A DNA stretch of 64,000 nucleotides from Tubulanus polymorphus (lineage: Eukaryota > Animalia > Nemertea): positions 15,178,275-15,242,274 of the forward strand of contig NC_134032.1 in the NCBI RefSeq assembly GCF_964204645.1, written 5' to 3'. Numbering within the stretch: the stretch's first letter is position 1; each line of letters opens with the position of its first letter. Positions 53,505-64,000 of the stretch are shown here, in pieces. A program made the position numbers and the translations under genes. The notes under the pieces were generated by a model, which worked only from the letters and a program-made list of their open reading frames with translations, did no database searches and was not told the origin of the DNA.

Positions 53505-54146
53505 CGTCGCGCGAGTGTCGTCTGCCAATGAGATCAAAACAGTTCTCCATAAAGACCGGTATATAAACGATAGGTATGCGATATGGGTCAGGTTTTTATT
53601 GATAATTATTTTCCGGTTTAGAAAATAGTATAATCCAGATCGTTTATCGTACCTTACGCCGCGTCTGCAAATAATAGCAAAAACAGACTGCTTACACAGT
53701 GCGCGGGTGACGTAATCCCTACGTCGTGAGGTAAGAACAATTCAAATTAGGTTAGACCGGTGAAAATAAAGTCCGAACGTGAAGCAAAAATATACGAAAC
53801 AAGTTTTGAAATGCGCTCTCACTATCTGTGTGTGCTAATGTCATATATTATCTGCAGGTTTGACGCATCTGCACTGATCACAAATAGTACAGTATAGTTA
53901 ACCTGAATTAGCTCGACACTTTGTGCAAATATGAATAGACGATTTATGGAATTATTCTATGTTTAGAAATTATTATGGAATAATATTCTCTAATGTTAAA
54001 AGTTATTCAATGTTTGTGGAATAATATTCGGTAATGTTTAAAGTTCTCCAACTTTGTTTAATGTAAAAGCTGAATCCTGCGCCCTTGGAGAAAATTGTAC
54101 AAGTATTACTTAGTTTGGGAAAAAATATCCACCGCCGAGGGCTGCA

Positions 54147-54202
54147 TGCTCACAACCTTCAGATTATGAGACTGACGCGCTAACCAACTGCGCCAACGCG
54201 GC
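54147..54202 (-). pseudogene. tRNA-Met (CAT) pseudogene with an 18-nt deletion removing most of the T arm and 3' acceptor strand
   Basis: Matches the intact copies except loss of cccgtgtgaggctcgaac and two substitutions; flanks conserved. Confidence 0.85.
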
Positions 54203-54464
54203 GGCTGATTTGCGACGGCCTAGCAATTTGGTTGGCTCTGCTCGTCTGAGGGTAGTTTAAAGTTGTCTAATCTTTGCGGAATAATAATCCGTAATGTTTT
54301 CAAATTGTTGAACTTTTGATTCAGGATGATAAACGAGGGTGGTCCTGAGGCCCTTCCCCGGAAATCTGGAAAAAATCCAAGACGACGACGATTTTAATTT
54401 TGCAAACGGTTTGTATTGTTGTCTCATCAATCAATAAATTCGATACAAATCAATACAAATTAAT

Positions 54465-57400
54465 TCATTTTCCGTTATTTTGTTGAATTGTTTTAAACTC
54501 CTCAGTTAAACATGCTATCGGAGACACCCTAGAAACGGTGATCGGAGAAACCCTCGAGCAGTCATCTTCGTCTGCGACAGGACAATCGTTCACCAGAATA
54601 TGAGGAATATTTGCCTGCACCGATAGGAACTCAGCTGGGGTGCTGTGATAGGTCGGTTTATTTCCGTTCCGCACCAAACTAGCGCTGATACTGCACAACG
54701 ACGCCAAACGCCCTCTACCGGTCAAATCATCCCAACTATCGACGATGATGTCACGTGTTTGTGTCGAGTTGTCGGCAGACGCGTTTGGTTTCCCGTCGAC
54801 GTCTAAATCATCCGTTACAGTCGCCGCCGTTGCCTCGTTCACTTCAGTTCGACCTTGACCTTTACATTCTTTGCACGAACAGATCACGTGCTCGAAAGCC
54901 AGCGGCGTCTGCACGCACATGTCTCTCGTGCTGACGTCGCTGTTTGTGCTGGGATGGTTGGATCTTCTTGTTGCGGTGGTGACGTCATCGGTTTTCGTGT
55001 ACGAGTTTTCGCCATTCGGAATGTAGGTCAGATTGCACAGCGACATGTACGTCCGGTCACGTGACTGTCGTCTGGCCTTACTGCTCGGCACGTCCAAGTA
55101 GCGACCATTTTGGTTGCCTACAAAAGTACGGACATTGATGGGTTTAATCGAAGCTGATAATAAATCAACGGATAATGGTAAATATCTCCGCCAGACGGCG
55201 CCCTAAAACAATGGTTCCTTTTCTTACCTGAATTATTGTTGTTACAATCAACCGACCAATCAGAGCTCGCCTTACGTCTGGTCACCCCGTCGTACACGTT
55301 ACTTCTATTCACCGCAGCTGTGCCTGCCCCTCGTTTCGACGACGACCTTGAACTCCCTCCACCGCTACCAGTGGCGCCCTCTCTTCTCCGTTTGATTTGT
55401 CTCAGCGTGGATAGCGTCTCGTAGAGATTATTCAGCGTTACGATGCTAGTAGTCGAGGAGGAATTACGGCGGGCAGACGGATACGGAGGCGGTTTCTGAT
55501 CACGTCCGGTGCTGCTGCCGCTGCTGGTGTTCTTTCGACGGAACCCTGTCACGGCCGCGGGTCGCATCTCGTTCAAAGTCTCGTAGAGATGGTCTAATAC
55601 GCTTGTCAAAGTGACGTCATCGAAGTGATAGCTGTCCAGACTGTTTCCTTCCGGTCCTTGTCGCTGCAACTGAATGAAATTATCCGTGCGAATTATAGCG
55701 GCCATCTTGAATCTCGCGGAATATCGATTTCGATCAGTTCACGCGAGAATTGGGGAAAAATGTCTTTAAGTGCACACGATCCATCTGTTCGAGAAAATCC
55801 AAGATGGCCGCTATTCTGCGAAATATATGTATTCCATATTTGAAATGGCGGCCATTTTGGATCTCGTGAGATTGGCGATCAGTTCCCGCGATAATTTGAA
55901 AAAATCTCATTTGAAAAAATCATATTCTTAAACGGAGAAATTGAAATTCCATGATGTGAATGAATTTGTGTACAATGAACATTAGACACGACTGTATGAT
56001 TGTGTTTGTGTTGGTTGGAAAGGGCCAGTGAGAAGAAGAGGGTAGGAGACCGTGAAAGAGGAGACAGGGAGAGAGATGGAAAGTGGCAGAGAGAGAGGGT
56101 GAGGGGAGGGAGAGAGGGAGAGGGTGAGGGAGAGGGGAGGGAGAGAGGGAGAGGGTGGGGAGGGAGAGGGAGAGAGGGTGAGGGAGAGGGAGAGAGAGAG
56201 GGAGAGAGGGTGGGGAGAGAGGGAGAGGGTGAGGGAGAGGGAGAGAGAGAGGGAGAGGGAGAGGGTGAGGGAGAGGGAGAGGGAGAGGGAGAGGGAAAGG
56301 GAGAGGGTGAGGGTGAGGGAGAGGGAGAGGGAGAGGGAGAGGGTGAGGGTGAGGGAGAGGGAGAGGGAGAGGGAGAGGGAGAGGGAGAGGGAGAGGGAGA
56401 GGGAGAGGGAGAGGGTGGGGAGAGGGAGAGGGTGAGGGAGAGGGAGAGGGAGAGGGAGAGAGGGTGGGGAGGGAGAGGGAGAGGGAGAGGGTGGGGAGAG
56501 GGAGAGGGAGAGGGAGAGGGTGAGGGAGGGAGAGGGAGAGGGAGAGGGTGGGGAGAGGGAGAGGGAGAGGGTGAGGGTGGGGAGAGGGAGAGGGAGAGGG
56601 TGAGGGAGGGAGAGGGAGAGGGAGAGGGTGGGGAGAGGGAGAGGGAGAGGGAGAGGGTGGGGAGAGGGAGAGGGTGAGGGAGAGGGAGAGAGGGTGGGGA
56701 GGGAGAGGGAGAGGGTGGGGAGAGGGAGAGGGAGAGGGAGAGGGTGAGGGAGGGAGAGGGAGAGGGAGAGGGTGGGGAGAGGGAGAGGGAGAGGGTGAGG
56801 GTGGGGAGAGGGAGAGGGAGAGGGTGAGGGATAGAAGAGTGCGTTGATACAATGAAAAAACAAAAAACCAATTCAATCAAAAATCTAGTCGTAACGTCTA
56901 TCAAAACGATAGTTTATGTATATTTGAATGAAATTACGAAAATAAACGGTTACAGAAAAACTTACAAAAATGATATTTCAAGACGGTATTCAAATAAATG
57001 ATTCAAATTTTCAAATTTCAAATTTCGAAATCGGACGTATCGTTTTTGAAACACTTGTAATAATAGGGATCGACACGCACCTTGCGCCGTTTCGATTGGT
57101 TAGAGGTATCTATGGCAACGGACTCCATCGATTCCCCTTCGCTGATTCGCCAATCTTCGTTATCGACGCTGGCGACATCTTCCGACGGCGAGCAGAACTT
57201 CTGTTGAATGGCCTTGCGATTTTTGACGCTGCAAATAAAGAAAGGCAAAGCGCTGATGTCACGTGATACGCTTAATCACATATTTGTCTGAACAAGAAGA
57301 TGAAACCTTAGACAATACTCATTCTATCTCTGTGTCTTAGACACAGGAAGCCGTAGTAACCATAGCAACGACGAGTAATGATTCTTATGCTTACCAGATC

Positions 57401-58732
57401 GAAAGGGTGACAATAATCGTTACCATGACGACGATTAGTACGCATATCAGTATGTTTACTTGTTTCGGACTCAATGCGGACTCTAAATAATGCGAAAATA
57501 CATAGAAAAAAGAGTCATTCGGAGTCCCGTACAGTGGTACGGTTCGCAAACGGCTCTGAATTGTTGTCGATACGTGGGTTTATGTGTGGTGGATCAACCA
57601 ATCATAGACGCTTTACAATTCAAATAAAACGGCCGCTTATTGGTCAATGTCGGTGTTATCTCAGCCAGTCAGAGCCAATCAGAGCCGGTTTACTGAATGT
57701 TCTGTAAGCAACACGACAGCTTATTTGGTCGATGTACGAGTATCTCTCGGTTTTTTCAACCAATCAGAGATAGAGTTTGCTAATGTTGGATCTACGATTG
57801 GTGAGGTCTGAGAAAAGCTAGACTTTGCTTTAGATAAACGCAACGACACGCTCAAACTCACCTGATGTATTCAGAAAGAAATATCTAAGTTCTACGCCCG
57901 AATACCGCTGCAGACCATCACGTGATCCATCATCAAAAACGATCAATACTTTTATCCAGATTCGATTCGAGTTCGGCCAGTAGACAATAGGCGTCGCCAC
58001 CAGACCGCACAGCTCCTTATCGATTGTCTTCCGGGCATCGGCGTCCCACGATCCGAGTTCTAGAAGCCCGCGTACGGTACAACCACCTGCCCGGTTTCGA
58101 CCTGGCAAACTCACTGATTCGATGTACAGTTTGATTTTCTGATTTGCAGCGCCATCTATCGTCCATTCGCAGCGTATCGGATCGAATTGAGATCGAGGAT
58201 AGCGGATAGTGAAGTTACCGCTCAATGCGGAATTGCTGCTGACGCGTTCACTGGCAAGCGAGTTACATTCTGCTAGTGGCGCCCCCTAAAACATATGAAA
58301 ATAATTCGAAAATCGATCAAAATGTTATATTTGACAGCATTTCACTTATAAGAGTTTTGACCGTGAGTTTAAAACATTACATTTCTTGATTTTTGAGTCG
58401 AATCTGAGGCACAGTTTCCAGGACTCGGTCTTTCGCTTACGTGCATGCTGGACCCAGTTTCCCAGTTGTGAGTTGAGAGTTCATAACTCTTGAGTTTAAA
58501 AATTAGTTAACTCTGCAGGTGAATCTTAACTTGGATAAAACTGTGGCACTAGTCTGTGTCCGGACTTAGCGTGCTTGCAAAAACAGGACTAGACCAATTA
58601 AACTGGTCTAAATCTGTTCAACAATGTTGTGCTAAGAAGAAATGACACAATAAAACTAACCTTGACATAATTAGCAAAAACTGATTGTTGCCGAAAACCG
58701 ATCAATAAAATAATCAAAAGATATTTATACAT
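54465..58732 (-). CDS. Single-pass type I membrane protein with one CUB domain and a long cytoplasmic tail, ~606 aa, 6 coding exons
   Basis: Exons 58661-58732 (signal peptide [12 protein letters not shown]), 57862-58285 (CUB: SGNFTIRYP...CEWTI...[10 protein letters not shown]...C...LCG...SNRIWIK), 57395-57482 ([21 protein letters not shown]), 57081-57228, 55228-55663, 54465-55117; GT-AG, phases consistent, 1821 nt. Confidence 0.85.
56040..56832. repeat. (GAGAGG)n-type polypurine tract, intronic
   Basis: Hexamer repeats with GAGGGT/GGGTGG variants; shorter tracts at 59420-59615 and 60898-60958. Confidence 0.95.
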
Positions 58733-60204
58733 TATTCCGAACGTTAGCAGACGAAGTTTCTATATAAGCGGTACATGGTTTGTGAGAGTACGTCGTGTAT
58801 TGATCAAGCCTGTACTATTCAAGGGCTGCGTTCACCGACCGCGGTCCGTCGAGCATTACATTCAGGCCGGTGACGACTCGATGACGTCAGTACATCGGCC
58901 AGGATCTACGTTACAAGTTCTTACGGTTGTGAATTGGTGATTTGACCGACTGAAAATGGGCTCCACTGTTGGATCCAGTTCCACATGTGAGTTAGAGTTA
59001 ACTCTTGGGTTAGAATTAGTTCATTTTCAACGTTTTAACTCAGAGCAAAATCTTAACTCACGACTGCAGAACTGGATCTGGGCTTCTTAAATGACTTTGA
59101 TCGAAATCGGTTCAGCATCAATTAACGCCCACTACTATCGCAGAGAAGGCGCCACGACGCGTGGCGTTGAATATTATATCGACTGGTGTGATGCACGTCC
59201 ACAGCGCGCCCGGGCAACACCGAATCAAAACATCACATACACAATCTCAGATAAAGCGCTACACACAATATCATAAAATCTTCCCCATAAATATAACTTT
59301 CAATTAGCTTTAATTCGGCGCGTCGTTCTGAGAGCTATCGCGATAAATGGTCTGTAAAACGCGAAATCAAATGTTTGTGTTTTGTTTTTCTAAATTGTTT
59401 TTTTCTGAGGAGGGCCGGCGAGAGGTGTAAGGGGAGAGAGAGGGAGGGAGAGGGGCAGGGGAAGGGAGGTTGACAGAGAGGGGGAAGGATGAGGGGAGGG
59501 GAGGGGAGAGAGGATGGGAGGGGAGAGGGGAGTGGGTGATGGAGGGGAGGGAAGGGGAGGGTGAGGGGAGGGAAGGGAGAGGTGAGGGGTGAGAGGGAGG
59601 GGAGGGAGAGAGAGTGGTGATATAGCTACTCACTCTTACTCGCGAGTCCACACGCGTTGAGTGTCGTCACAAATACAGTTGTCACACACACACTCACACT
59701 GTGAACCCCAGCATCGGCTGCTGTACCGTCACAGGCACAGAATCCTCATAACAGGTGCTTTCTATTCCTCTACTAATCACTGCGGATTATCATTACAAAA
59801 AAACCCAATTATATACAATCATTATGGATTAGTATCGCGCTAATCCCTAGACAAACAGTGCGCGTGGATTATCGTTTAATCCGTATCGAGGATTAATTAG
59901 CGTTCACCTGAGATTTGGTTAGAGAGAAAAAAAGGAAAACGAAGAAAATCAAGGTAAGACAAGCTGACGTAATTCTGTGAATTTTAGAAATAAAACAGCG
60001 CAATAAAAAATCGAATTGAATTCTACGTTTATTTAATCGACATGATATTGTCTAGTTTCTAGGTTTAGAATGGGCATTTGTGGAAAACATTGTTTTTTTT
60101 TAAAGTCGTGGATTGGGTTTCACAGATAAATATTTGGGCAGAATAATTCTTGGGAACAATTTGAAATATTGTCGGTTATCGTCGGAAATCCCTCGGGATA
60201 ATCA

Positions 60205-60470
60205 GTTCATAAAACCGAGTCCAGGTTGAGGGTTTATCCCTAGGGATAACTATGATCCCGGCCTATAAAACAGGGCCCCAGATTGAGAATTCACTCCTAG
60301 AGGTAACTTTAATACCCGGTCTATAAAACCAGGCCCAGGTTAACAATTTACCCCTAGGGGTAACTTTGATACCCGGTCCATAAAGCAGGGCCCCAGATTG
60401 AGGATTTATCCCAAGGGATAACTTCAATACCCAGCCTATAAAACAGGGCCCAGGTTTTCCCCTAGCGGGA
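60205..60470. repeat. Tandem ~56-bp semi-palindromic units (ctataaaacagggccc..cag..ccctagggataact), MITE-derived
   Basis: 4-5 degenerate copies; related to the element at ~37275-37385. Confidence 0.7.
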
Positions 60471-61137
60471 ACTTTTATAAGGAAAAGGGTACATATTCAA
60501 CGACTCAAAATGTCTTGTGAAAAGTCGTTGTTACTACAATAGCAGGATCCCCAATCGTAGCTCAAAAACAAGGAAAGAGCTCACTTACCGCAGGCCGCTA
60601 ATCTACCGTATACAAACTCTCTGATATTTCACGAATCGTTAAAGCATTATTTGCATCATCTTTTACCTGAACACGACTGGCAGCAGCTCCATACGTGCGC
60701 GCGCAGTCTCTCTCTCTCTCATCCATCGTTCTGTTACTGTTGAATTACTCGTAATACTAATCCACTGTAGTGAGGAGCAGACGATTACTGCCTCTCGGTA
60801 AAACTAACCGACGTTTTTATTTTAAAGCACTTCCGGTGTGTTAAGAGTTTTATCGAATGAATTACATGGCTATAAAACGTGTATCATAATTTTCCGAGTG
60901 AGAAGGGAAGGGGATGAGGGGAGAGAGGGGAGGGGAGAGAGCGGGAGGGGAGGGAGATGACAATAGTTTGGCTGCATCACGTTTCAGGGCTCTGGGTGGA
61001 TCTGAGGAAAATTGATAGACCGATAATTCCAGAATTCCCCTTTGAGGGGGATGGGGCAGCCAAGGATCTTGAATCTATTCACGCCAATCAATACCTTCAA
61101 TGTTTGATGTTGCCACGGGATTTGGGTATGAAGCTAT

Positions 61138-61385
61138 AGGTTCCCACTGTTCCTTACTAGTCCCTACTAGTCCTTACTAGTTCCCACTAGTCCCAATTGG
61201 TCACTACTAGTCCTCAATAGTCCCTACTATAGTTCCCACTAGTATTTATTAGTCCTACAAGTTCTCACTAGTCCCTACCAGTCCCCCTAGTCCTAACTAG
61301 TCACTACTAGTCCTACCAGTACTCACTAGTCACTACTAGTTCCCCCTAGTTCTAACTAGTCGCTAGTAGTCCTTACTAGTCCTCG
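61138..61385. repeat. 10-bp degenerate tandem repeat (tccctactag)
   Basis: Direct repeats. Confidence 0.85.
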
Positions 61386-63878
61386 CTCAACGCATCGTTG
61401 AATGAATAATTTAAGCAATTCTCGTTGAAACTTGAAATGTTTTTTTCTTGTTGTAGAATCTTTCAATCATTAATTACACGGCCGTGAGGACTGTGGTGGT
61501 TTTCATGAATATTTAAGTCTTAATGTACCGCGGTAGCGACATTACTTTGACACACACCGCTAGTGTTTATTTGAAATAACGGTCACAGTTAAAAAAAAAA
61601 CGTTCGTCGCTAATTGTTTCTCGCGAAGCTTTTAAAGATAAAAACTTCAAACGCGTTTGGAAAAAATATCGCGTAGAATCTGGGACTCGAACCTTCTTGC
61701 GTGCTAGCTGACGTGGAAGATTTTTTTTGCGATTGCGAAATAACAAATATCCAAAATAGCTGCAAAGCAGCGATAACGGTTTTCTGGATTCAATTTCGTA
61801 CTTGGTGGAGTACAAAGATTTCGTCAAAACCAGTTCATAAGAACGTACGGCTTTTTAAAGGAACGCCACCTAGGGGTCAAGTGATACACTGGTCATATAA
61901 CTACTATCTAATGGTTCGACACCTTGCTCGAGAGGAGAGAAACGTCATCGAGTGGGCTAGTTCAGTCAGTTTCGAAAAATCGTCTCAATTACCAGCACAG
62001 CCTGGCGGCTGAACAAAAACATCGAATTTTGATCCATTCTATACTTTATGCCGGGCACAAGCGTTGTACACGTTTTAAATAAATAAAGTCTGAATTGAAA
62101 ATTGAATTGTCGAAAGTTGTCTTTGTCCAGAGTCGAGACAAAATGCGACTAAATTTTTGAATATTTCAAAGAACGTACCGCGTAACTAAGACTGTTCAAG
62201 TAGTTATTTGACCAGTAAATGAAATGACCAACATTCAGATTTGGTAGCGAAACTAAAAATCTCCGAATTCTAATCCATATTCCGCAATGTATCGAAGGAT
62301 TGGAAAAAAGTCTTCTTTTACTGAAGTTGAATTATAGACTTATATATAGCGACTCTCGTGACGTCATTCGGCATATCTCCGCACGCGACCTTGAACTCGA
62401 TAACGACACACGACCCGGGACAGCTTGGGGGTAATTCGATTCTTTCTGCTCGTTACAAAAACGATTGATCGCATCTAATCAATAGAATCAAGGATTCGAA
62501 CCCAATAATCTGTGGGCTATCGAATCACATTTTCCCCTACGATAAACTGGCGTCGTCCGATTCCGGTATTGAACTGTCACAAACGAAGTAATGGAGTCGC
62601 GTATAGATTTTTAGATCAGACTTCTCATCAATTCGTCAATTATTTTCTGCTGATAATAACGTGAGTATCGACTTTAATATAGACGACGACATGCCGTGAG
62701 TCGAATGTACAATCCCGTAGCAGCCAGCCAATCCATCTCTCGATTTTCACGAAAGCGGAAATTTCATCTTGGACGTGGAACTTTTTGTAAGCCACTCCGC
62801 AAATGCCCCGTAAATACCTCGCAAATGCCCCGCAGTAATTTTTTTACTAGCTCGGAATAGTTAAAACGTTTAATTTTGATCAAATCTGATCAAATCTTTA
62901 CTCATTCACCCGATGAAGCTACGATACATTACTAGCGAGAACTTGTCACACCTATAAAATACTACTAGAATATGAGTTGAATGAACAGGATGATGAAGCT
63001 ACCAGATATTAGTAGCGAAAGCTCGTGCGTCTAATAAACTAGTCATACCTATATAAAAATTTTTTTTTTTCGAAATAAAGTTCGCAAAATCTCAGGATCT
63101 GGTTTCCAGGAAAGTCGCATGGAAAGAGATATAGTTCTACTTACGGAAGCCCCTAGGTGACATACGAGATAATTTTTTTTCACAATTTCGACTGATAAAG
63201 TACTACTCGATTCGTTGAAGATATAATATTAATGTCTGTGTCTTATCTCGGAGAGATGTTGTCGTCGGCGCGTTACACTGGTAACACGGTGTTAAGTGTA
63301 ACCAGTGACTGAGGTCTCTACTCTTAATAATCTACAATAGCAATAACAACTGCGGCAAACATCGTCTCACTGTGTCTGTACTCACCGGGCGGCCGGGAAC
63401 ATATTGAAAAAATGTATCTTCTGCCGCACAGTATAACAAACTATTAGACAAATACTCCGAACGAGCCACAGTGACGGGTGATAGGAAAATCGATAAAATC
63501 GATCGGTGTTCTTTTTTGACAATAACAACGTTGAGGCCTCGGCGCGGGTGGTTTTTTCGTGAAAGCAGAAATTGAGGATATCGGTAATCATCCGCGTACT
63601 GGGTCGTTATATGGAATCAATTATCAGCTATCCGCGGAGTGTTCTCCTTCGTTGTTTGAATTGCTAACTGGTTCTTGAGATGGTGCATAAAAACCCTCGA
63701 TTTCCGCGCACTAAGGCAATGATTTTTTCTTAAATGGAAACGTTTGTTGTAAAATCGAATCATCGATGCCCTGACATCTTATCTTTACACATTCAAGATT
63801 TCATCATTCATATCAGGTTCAACAGCTGTTTGCGCTTACGCCTAAACATGTTTGACGAAATTTGCATATGTAAATTGA

Positions 63879-63949
63879 GCATCGGTGGTTCAGTGGTAGA
63901 ATTCTCGCCTGCCACGCGGGGGGCCCGGGTTCGATTCCCGGCCGATGCA
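63879..63949 (+). tRNA. trnG: tRNA-Gly (GCC)
   Basis: GCATCGGTGGTTCAGTGGTAGAATTCTCGCCTGCCACGCGGGGGGCCCGGGTTCGATTCCCGGCCGATGCA: cloverleaf, GCC anticodon, T5 terminator at 63956-63960. Confidence 0.96.
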
Positions 63950-64000
63950 AGTTCATTTTTCGAAATTTATTTTTGCACTTTGAATATTATGAATCGAGTT

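Noticed and set aside
55879-56904. Extensin-like (SP)n and (ER)n/(EG)n ORFs
   Set aside because: Intronic GAGAGG tract; the flanking CUB-gene exons join in phase without it.

Overview
Repeat-rich genomic DNA from an animal, probably a marine invertebrate bilaterian (GT-AG spliced genes, eukaryotic tRNAs; species not determinable from sequence alone). I assembled seven protein-coding genes by hand from splice sites and reading-frame phases: (1) a class A GPCR with an uninterrupted coding exon (+); (2) a 10-exon secreted astacin metalloprotease with two TSP1 repeats and a 10-Cys C-terminal domain (+); (3) an 11-exon, ~1001-aa DEG/ENaC (ASIC-like) channel spanning ~29 kb (-), with a ~450-aa helical insertion in the knuckle region; (4) a second GPCR nested on the same strand in an intron of the channel; (5) a 66-aa secreted CxxxC...CxxxC peptide (+); (6) an intronless histamine-N-methyltransferase-like SAM methyltransferase (-); (7) a 6-exon CUB single-pass membrane protein (-). 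RNA genes are five dispersed tRNA-Met(CAT) cassettes (two intact, three decayed) and a tRNA-Gly(GCC). Non-coding DNA holds many minisatellites, MITEs, LINE fragments and Penelope-like elements. The most striking observations: (a) Penelope-like palindromic insertions carrying minimal hammerhead ribozymes, one with five tandem ribozymes on both strands at 67-69 nt spacing; (b) two minisatellites whose repeat unit is a splice junction of the channel gene itself (~33 copies of an acceptor, ~37 copies of a donor); (c) the giant-knuckle channel; (d) a 9-bp-TSD foldback element whose terminal repeats carry tRNA-like Pol III boxes. All gene models are manual predictions without transcript support.
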